Assembly: GCA_903842345.1 (NCBI GenBank)
Contig: CAIMLR010000039.1
Coordinates: 140,268-204,267, forward strand
Length of the DNA stretch: 64,000 bases
Origin: an uncultured Myxococcales bacterium
GTDB lineage: Bacteria; Myxococcota_A; UBA9042
Reading direction: 5' to 3'
In this document: piece after piece, positions 57,836-64,000 of the stretch
Layout: every line of letters begins with the position of its first letter
How positions within the stretch are numbered: the first letter of the stretch is position 1
Notes under the pieces: generated by a model
The model's input: the letters and a program-made list of their open reading frames with translations, nothing else
What the model was told of the DNA's origin: nothing
Database searches by the model: none
Translations under genes and position numbers: made by a program

Positions 57836-59230
57836 TTACGCCGCGGTCGAGGGCGCGTGATCGGGCAGGCGAACCTTGCGGTCCTCAAAGCGATGGTGCA
57901 GCCACAAGAAGATCGGGCTCGCGACGAAGATCGACGAGAACGTGCCGACGATGACGCCGATGCACATCGCGAACGCGAAGTCGCGAATCAAGCCGCCGCC
58001 GAAGAGGAAGATGGACGCCGACGTCAGGAACGTCGTCAAGGACGTCAGCACCGTGCGGCTCATCGTCTGGTTGATCGCGGAATTGACGAGCGTCTCGACC
58101 TTCACGTCCGGATGCTTCTCCTGCATCTCGCGAATTCGGTCAAAGACGACGATGGTGTCCGTCACCGAGTAACCGGCGACCGTGAGCACCGCGGCGATGA
58201 CCGGCATGGAGAACTTGACCTGCGCGACCGAGAACGCACCGATGACGAGGATCACGTCGTGCACCGTCGCGACGAGCGCGCCCGGAGCGTAGCGCACGTC
58301 AAAGCGCAGGATGATGTAGAGCACGATGCCGAGAATGGCGTAGAGAATCGCGACGAGGCCCTGGCTCATCATTTCGCCGGCGACCGACGGCGAGACCGCG
58401 GTGGACGATTCGACCTGAATGAAGCCCTTGCCGTACTTGGCGCGGATGCCGTCTTCCAGCTTGGCCTTGAATTCCTCGATGACGACGGTGAAACGCGAAT
58501 CCGACTTGTCCGCCAGATCCGCCTCTTTCTGCGCGCGCAGCTTGGCTTCTTCCGCGGCGATCTTGACCTGCGCAGCCTTGGCCACATCCGGCTTGACGTC
58601 GCCCTTGCCCGACTCCGCTTCCAGCATCTGGAGCGAGCGGAACATGTTCACGTCCAGCTGCACTTCCAGATCGCTGCCGGCTTTGGTCTTGGGAAAGCCC
58701 GCGTCCGCGAAGATCTTGCCCAGTGAAGCGTAGGTGTCCGTGATCTTCTTGGGCTCCGTCAGCGTCACGAACACGCGATCTTCGCCTTCCGCCGCCCATT
58801 CCACGTCAATCTTGTCGCCGAACTGCGCCTTCAGGTTCTTCTCGATGCCGTCGCGCTTCGCCTTGTTCAGGAGCGACGTCAGTTCCGTCACGACCGCAAA
58901 GTGCTTCTTGCCCGCGCCGCCGCCGGTGCCGGTGTCGAATTCCTGCACTTCCACGTCGCCGATGTGTTCCTTGGACGCGCCGAGCGCGCTCGTCAGGATG
59001 CCTTCCACGGTGTTCTGCAGGCCGACGCGATCGACCTTGGCGGCCGGATCAAACGCGACGATCTGCTTGGTGCCGCCCTTGAAGTCGATGCCCTTGTTGA
59101 AGCCCAACGTGCTGAGCGCGATGATCGACGCCAGGATGCCGACGCCGGTCAACGCGTAGTACACGTGACGGCGACCGACAAAGTCGTAGTTGGATTCCGG
59201 ATTGAAGAGCGAATAGTGCTTGTGGGACAT
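57836..59230 (-). CDS. secF: Protein translocase subunit SecF.
   Basis: C-terminal SecF TM domain (VLTVAGYSVTDTIVVFDRIRE, ILTSLTTFLTSASIFLFGG) after a large periplasmic loop. Start at Met 59230 or 59251. Confidence 0.85.
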   Translation of the reverse strand: MSHKHYSLFNPESNYDFVGRRHVYYALTGVGILASIIALSTLGFNKGIDFKGGTKQIVAFDPAAKVDRVGLQNTVEGILTSALGASKEHIGDVEVQEFDTGTGGGAGKKHFAVVTELTSLLNKAKRDGIEKNLKAQFGDKIDVEWAAEGEDRVFVTLTEPKKITDTYASLGKIFADAGFPKTKAGSDLEVQLDVNMFRSLQMLEAESGKGDVKPDVAKAAQVKIAAEEAKLRAQKEADLADKSDSRFTVVIEEFKAKLEDGIRAKYGKGFIQVESSTAVSPSVAGEMMSQGLVAILYAILGIVLYIILRFDVRYAPGALVATVHDVILVIGAFSVAQVKFSMPVIAAVLTVAGYSVTDTIVVFDRIREMQEKHPDVKVETLVNSAINQTMSRTVLTSLTTFLTSASIFLFGGGLIRDFAFAMCIGVIVGTFSSIFVASPIFLWLHHRFEDRKVRLPDHAPSTAA

Positions 59231-59290
59231 GATCTTGTGTGCCTTTCGCAAAGAGCGCCGTTTCGAGGGTTCTCACATCTGCCGCGGTGG

Positions 59291-61108
59291 TTAGACCGAG
59301 AGATGCTGCAATTTACCCTTGGAAATCAGGTAGTCGTACATGAGGCGCGTGGCCACGATCGAGGTGAACATCGAGGTGCCGATGCCGATGAGCAGCGTGA
59401 CCGCGAAGCCGTAGATGGGCCCTGACGAGTACATCATCAGCACCGCGCCGGCCATGCCCGCGGTAATGTGCGAGTCAAAGATCGTCCAGAAGGCCCGCCC
59501 GTAGCCCAAGTCCAGCGCATTGCGCGTGGTCTTGCCCGAGCGCAGTTCTTCACGAACACGCTCGAAGATCAGGATGTTCGCGTCGACCGCCATCGCCGTC
59601 GTCAGCGTCAAGCCGGCCATGCCGGGCAACGTGAGCGCGGCGTTGAACGACACGAGGCAAGCGAGCTGCAACAGCAGGTTGAACAGCAGCGCGATGTCCG
59701 CGATGACGCCGCCCTGGCGGTAGTAGAACACCATGAAGACGACGACGAGGAGCACGCCGACCAACATCGAGATGAGGCCCGAGCGGACCGCGTCCTGACC
59801 GAGCGACGGACCGACTTCAATGTCGTGGACCTTGATGACGGGCGCCTTGTACGCGCCGTTGTTCAGCACGGTGACGAGCGACTTGGCCTCTTCCAGCATC
59901 GCCTGATGCGAATTGCCTTTGCCCAAGGTGATCTGCGCGCGGCCACCGTGAATCGGCTCGTTGATGTTCGGCGCGGAGTTGATGTCGTCATCGAGCATGA
60001 TGGCCATGCGGTTGCCGACGTTCTTCTCCGTGAGGTCGCCAAAGATGCGCGCGCCGCGGGCGTCAAATTCCAGATTCACGACCGGCTGGTTGCCGTGCTG
60101 CGAATCATAGCTCGCCGCCGCACGTGTCAGGTTGTCGCCCGAGAGCGGCGCCTTGGCCGTGAGGTTGTGCGTGCGCCAGTAGCTCGACTTCACCGCGCCG
60201 CTCGGGCCGCGTTCTTCGACGAGTTCGTAGCCAATCAGGATCTCATCCGGGACCGTAACCGTGCGCACAAAGCGGATGAGTTCCGACTTCTTGTCCGCCT
60301 TCAGGTACGAACCGCGGCTGTCCGGGACGATGGTCATCGCCTTGGAAATGTCCGCGTTGTCCTTCTTGAACGCGTCAACCGCAGCGGCCTTGTCGTCAAA
60401 CACCTTGGCGCTGACGACTTCCATGCGGAAGGTCAACTGCGCAGCCTGGCCGATGCGCTCACGCACCATGCGCATCTGGCGCTCGTTCAAGCCCGGCAGC
60501 TGCAGATCGATTTCCGCTTCGCCCGACGCGCGGACGTCCGGCTCCACGAGGCCAAACGCGTCGACGCGCTTGCGGATGGTCGACAGCGTCTGGTCGACGA
60601 TGTCCTTGCGCAGTTCGAACACGCGCTTGTCCGGCAGGAACAGCGTCATTTCCGTCGCGCTGACGGTGCGCAGCTGGAAGCTCGAATCGACGGTCGCGAC
60701 CATGTCCGAGGTCAGCAGCTTCGCGTCCGCGGCGTCCTTGAACTTGACGCTCAGGTCCTTGAACGCGCCCGGCTGCAGCTTGACTTCCCAGCGCGCGAGG
60801 ATGTCTTCGCGCTCCTTGTCGGTCAGCGTGTTCCAATCCTTGCCCTTGGCCTTGGCGTAAGAATCCGCCAAGCGATCGGACACGGAGTCGCGCAGGCGCA
60901 GCGCGTTGTCGCGGATGGCCTTCTTGTAGTCGACGGTGTAGCGCAGCTCCAAACCGCCTTTGAGATCCAGACCATAGCTGATCTGCTTCTCAAAGATGTT
61001 GGTGTAGAAATCCGGCAGGCCCGGGAGGAAAGTCGGGAGCAGTTGCAGGACGCTGACGATCAGCAAGGCGATCGTGAACCAGGCTTTCCAATTGCGTTTC
61101 TTGTCCAT
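59291..61108 (-). CDS. secD: Protein translocase subunit SecD.
   Basis: MDKKRNWKAWFTIALLIVSVLQLLP…LGLDLKGG (N-terminal). C-terminal GLTLTTAMAVDANILIFERVREE. Confidence 0.9.
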   Translation of the reverse strand: MDKKRNWKAWFTIALLIVSVLQLLPTFLPGLPDFYTNIFEKQISYGLDLKGGLELRYTVDYKKAIRDNALRLRDSVSDRLADSYAKAKGKDWNTLTDKEREDILARWEVKLQPGAFKDLSVKFKDAADAKLLTSDMVATVDSSFQLRTVSATEMTLFLPDKRVFELRKDIVDQTLSTIRKRVDAFGLVEPDVRASGEAEIDLQLPGLNERQMRMVRERIGQAAQLTFRMEVVSAKVFDDKAAAVDAFKKDNADISKAMTIVPDSRGSYLKADKKSELIRFVRTVTVPDEILIGYELVEERGPSGAVKSSYWRTHNLTAKAPLSGDNLTRAAASYDSQHGNQPVVNLEFDARGARIFGDLTEKNVGNRMAIMLDDDINSAPNINEPIHGGRAQITLGKGNSHQAMLEEAKSLVTVLNNGAYKAPVIKVHDIEVGPSLGQDAVRSGLISMLVGVLLVVVFMVFYYRQGGVIADIALLFNLLLQLACLVSFNAALTLPGMAGLTLTTAMAVDANILIFERVREELRSGKTTRNALDLGYGRAFWTIFDSHITAGMAGAVLMMYSSGPIYGFAVTLLIGIGTSMFTSIVATRLMYDYLISKGKLQHLSV

Positions 61109-61193
61109 GTGGACCGTCTCCTACGAACAAATCAGGGGCTGTCGGGGGCGCGCGCTGCGCCGTACGGCTTGCCTGCTCTCTCTGCTGGGGTAA

Positions 61194-61613
61194 TTAGCGA
61201 CCCTGGCCGCTCTCTACCACTTCTGCCGCCTGCGATTCCGCGCCAGCAATCTGGCTCTTGAACACGCGAATGACAACGCGGTCGGCGATCTCAACTTTGG
61301 CGCCATCGCCATCGATCGACACAAGCTTGCCGAAGATGCCGCTGCGCAAAACCACGCGATCGTTGGGCTTCAGGTTGGTCAGGAACGCAGTGTGTTCCTT
61401 GGCGCGCTTGGACTGCGGGCGCATGACCAGAAAGTAGAAGACCGCGAACATGACGACAATCATGCCGATGTTCAGCAGGCCGCCACTGGCCGCACCGGGA
61501 CCGGAGCTGCCGCCACCGCCACCGGACGAGGCCGCCGGAGCGCCACCTTCAGCCTGAGCGAGGAAGTTCGCGGCGTTTACCACGGTATTTTGGGCAATCA
61601 ACCAAGGGGACAT
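61194..61613 (-). CDS. yajC: Preprotein translocase subunit YajC.
   Basis: From the Met at 61613: 139 aa with a Gly-rich N-terminus, a single TM helix (LLNIGMIVVMFAVFYFLVMRP) and QSKRAKEHTAFLTNLKPNDRVVLRSGIFGKL, the YajC signature. The ORF extends to 61886. Confidence 0.75.
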   Translation of the reverse strand: MSPWLIAQNTVVNAANFLAQAEGGAPAASSGGGGGSSGPGAASGGLLNIGMIVVMFAVFYFLVMRPQSKRAKEHTAFLTNLKPNDRVVLRSGIFGKLVSIDGDGAKVEIADRVVIRVFKSQIAGAESQAAEVVESGQGR

Positions 61614-61757
61614 GTGCAAGGCCCTACCAACTTTGTCGCGCCGATCGCACTTTTGGCCGAAAAGGCCGGAAGACTGCGAAAGGACGCTGAAATGGCTCGC
61701 GGCGTCGGCAAACAGCCGTGCGCGAAGCCGCGGGGGTATAGCAGACGGGCGGGGTGG

Positions 61758-61906
61758 GGTCAACGAAACCAAGGGGCAGAAGGCGGCAATCCCCGGGAAC
61801 TTCCCTGCCGCGCATCCCTGAACCGCTCGCGCGGTTCGCGGCTCCAGGCATTCGCTGCCGGGATGCTTGCCGGTCAACGAAACCAAGGGGCAGAAGGCGG
61901 CAATCC
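61758..61906. repeat. Two perfect 35-nt direct repeats (GGTCAACGAAACCAAGGGGCAGAAGGCGGCAATCC) at 61758-61792 and 61872-61906, in the yajC / histidine-kinase intergenic region.
   Basis: Read directly from the sequence. 114-nt centre-to-centre spacing. They lie upstream of the yajC start on the minus strand. Confidence 0.6.
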
Positions 61907-61920
61907 GCAGGAAGCTTCGC

Positions 61921-63039
61921 TCACCGGATCGCGGCCGACTGCCGACCGGCCGCTGGAATCTGCAAGCGGAACCGCGCGCCGCCCAAAGGACTGTCCGCGA
62001 CGGTCAGGCTGCCGCCATAGCTGGCCAGCGTCCGGCGACTGATGGCCAGGCCCAGCCCCCAGCCGCTCTGGCCGGGGCGGTCGGCGGTCGGCTGCGTCGA
62101 GAACAGCGGCTCAAAGATGCGATCGCGCAGCGCCAGCGGCACGCCAGGGCCGGCGTCGTCGACGTCCACGATCTGCCAGTTGCCGTCCCGCTGCAGGCGA
62201 ATCGCCAACTCACCCTGCCGCTTCATGGCGTCCGCCGCGTTCAGCACGAGGTTCAGCAGCACCTGTTCGACGTGACTGGCCGAGGCGTCCGCGGGATGCG
62301 TCGCATCGGTCGCGTCCACCGTCAGGCGCATCTGCTTCAGGCGGGGATGCTGCTCCGCCTGGCCTTGCAGCCGCAGGGCGACGGCCAGCAAGTCGCACGG
62401 CCGATCGGCGTCGCGCGTCCGCTGCAGCCCGGGGCGCGCGAGTTCAGTCAGGAGCCGTTCGATTTGCTGCGCCGCGCTTTCGATTTCGCCGATGCACCGC
62501 ATCCGCGCGTCCGCGGGCGCGTCGGCAGCCTCCAGCGTGCGCAGCCGCTCCAGCCATCCCGTCAGCAGCGCCAACGGCCCACCCAGCTCGTGGGAGACGC
62601 CCATCGCCACGCGCCCCACGAGCGCCAGGCGATCCGCCTCGTGGAGCTGCGCGCGCGCGCCCGCCGCTTCACCGCGCAGCGCTTCCACTGCGTCCAGCTG
62701 CCCCGCCAGCAGCACGCGATCCCGGGCATTTTGCCGCCGGTACCAGTCCAGCGCCGCGGCGATCCGCGCCAGCGCGTCGGGCGCATCCGGCAGCGGCAGG
62801 TCTTCCATGTGCCGGGCGATGCGCTCCACCGGGCCGATCAGCCACAGCCGCATCGCCGCGAGGCCAAGGCCAAACGTCACCGCCAGGACCGCCGCGATGC
62901 CCAGCCATAAGGTCGTTTCCGTCGCCCACGCGTTCGGTCCGGCATCGTTGGGGGACATCAGCGCGGTCGCCATCGCGCCCACCACGAGTCCGGGCACCAG
63001 AACCGCCGCCAACAACAGCCAACGCGCGCGGTTTTGCAT
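61921..63039 (-). CDS. Sensor histidine kinase (2 TM sensor region + HisKA + HATPase_c).
   Basis: H-box (VAMGVSHELGGPL), N-box (LLNLVLNAADAM), G-boxes (DDAGPGV, GWGLGLAI). Confidence 0.8.
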   Translation of the reverse strand: MQNRARWLLLAAVLVPGLVVGAMATALMSPNDAGPNAWATETTLWLGIAAVLAVTFGLGLAAMRLWLIGPVERIARHMEDLPLPDAPDALARIAAALDWYRRQNARDRVLLAGQLDAVEALRGEAAGARAQLHEADRLALVGRVAMGVSHELGGPLALLTGWLERLRTLEAADAPADARMRCIGEIESAAQQIERLLTELARPGLQRTRDADRPCDLLAVALRLQGQAEQHPRLKQMRLTVDATDATHPADASASHVEQVLLNLVLNAADAMKRQGELAIRLQRDGNWQIVDVDDAGPGVPLALRDRIFEPLFSTQPTADRPGQSGWGLGLAISRRTLASYGGSLTVADSPLGGARFRLQIPAAGRQSAAIR

Positions 63040-63042
63040 CGG

Positions 63043-63894
63043 CTATAGCCAGTTCGCCAGGGCTTTGCCGGCGATGCGAGACAGCAACAGCCATTGCACC
63101 GCGGCCAGCGCGAGGAACGGCCCAAAGGGCATCGCGAGGTGGCGGATCGAGGCAATGCCGCGGTCCGTCGCCAACTTGCCGCGGCCCACGAGCGACCAGG
63201 CACCGACAAACAGCAGCCCTTGGACCGACGCGGCCAACAGGACGCCGGGCAGCGCTTGCACACCGAGGAACGCGCCGATGCCAGCCAGCAGCTTGACGTC
63301 GCCCGTGCCCAGACCTTCACGATGCGTCAGCACCGCGTACAGCCACTGGACCGCGAGCAGCCCGCCGCCGCCCACCAGCGCGCCCGCCGCCGCCTGCTGC
63401 CACGAGACGTCGCGCACACCGCCCACGGCAAACGCCAGGCCAACGCCCAGCAGCGGCAATGGCAGGCTCAGGGAATCGGGCACGAGGAAGGTATCGGCGT
63501 CAATGAGTGCGATCGCCAGCAGGGCGAACACGAAATACTGCTCGCACAGCACGCCGGTCGCGACTTGCCACGGCAGCACATCGCCGGACAGCAGCCCCGG
63601 CAGCCACGGCCATGCGACCGCGAGCGCGAGGATCGCCATCGCCGATTCAACGAGCGGATAGCGCACGGAGATCCAGGTCTTGCAGTAGAAGCAGCGGCCG
63701 CCCAGCAGCGCCCAGGAGAGCACCGGAATGTTCTGCCACCAGGTGATCGGCTTCTCGCATTTGGGACAGCGCGAGCGCGGATGCACAACGGACAGGCCGG
63801 CCGGCACGCGATAGACAACGACGTTGAGGAACGAGCCCCAAAGCGCGCCCCACAACAGGACAAAGGCGGCGAGAATGGTGAGGGGCAGCTGCAC
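63043..63894 (-). CDS. pilD: Prepilin peptidase (type IV leader peptidase / N-methyltransferase, A24 family).
   Basis: GSFLNVVVYRVP, Zn-binding CPKC…CFYC tetracysteine, catalytic Asp context (LIDADTFLVPD, GTGDVKLL). Confidence 0.8.
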   Translation of the reverse strand: MQLPLTILAAFVLLWGALWGSFLNVVVYRVPAGLSVVHPRSRCPKCEKPITWWQNIPVLSWALLGGRCFYCKTWISVRYPLVESAMAILALAVAWPWLPGLLSGDVLPWQVATGVLCEQYFVFALLAIALIDADTFLVPDSLSLPLPLLGVGLAFAVGGVRDVSWQQAAAGALVGGGGLLAVQWLYAVLTHREGLGTGDVKLLAGIGAFLGVQALPGVLLAASVQGLLFVGAWSLVGRGKLATDRGIASIRHLAMPFGPFLALAAVQWLLLSRIAGKALANWL

Positions 63895-64000
63895 GCGCGA
63901 AGCATAGCGCTTCTGAACCGTTCCCGCACCTTCGCGCGTCTGTGGTAGCGTATGCTGGCGGACGCGCGGCGTCTGGGAGTTGGGATGCGTCTGAACCTAG

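Overview
High-GC (about 70%) bacterial chromosomal window. The Cys-rich MopE-like giant lipoprotein and a satellite pair of BMC vertex genes suggest Myxococcota, possibly Haliangium-like; that taxonomic reading is inference. Gene order: (1) SOS mutagenesis cassette imuB-dnaE2, with a possible imuA 3' end at the window edge. (2) tRNA-Pro(TGG) with an adjacent degenerate partial tandem copy. (3) A 13.7 kb gene for a 4,570+ aa Cys-rich repeat lipoprotein carrying Myxococcus-type Cys repeats, MopE-like repeats, three paralogous Cys-free beta-modules, a lamin-tail-like domain and a PPC-like C-terminus. (4) Envelope/lipid operon lspA-lgt-uppS-cdsA-lipB; both lspA and lgt carry unusual insertions. 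(5) The most interesting region, about 24.3-31.6 kb: a compact same-strand cluster of four radical-SAM-family genes with two paralogous small Lys-tailed proteins and one opposite-strand lipoprotein. Three of the rSAM genes are mutual paralogs, one with a non-canonical CX8CX2C motif; the fourth is SPASM/anSME-like with an N-terminal extension. The cluster looks like an uncharacterized RiPP/protein-modification system. (6) Housekeeping and accessory genes: BNR-like protein, thymidine phosphorylase, 5'-nucleotidase lipoprotein, and a satellite BMC locus (two EutN/CcmL-type vertex proteins, a class II aldolase, a divergent CitE/HpcH-like lyase). (7) moxR-DUF58-sod-batA aerotolerance-type operon. 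(8) pfk, a CrtI-like oxidoreductase, lpdA, PBP4-like dacB, an L,D-transpeptidase, recJ, secDF-yajC, a histidine kinase and prepilin peptidase. Many long antisense 'shadow' ORFs in the six-frame track are high-GC artifacts. No CRISPR arrays or obvious mobile elements were seen.
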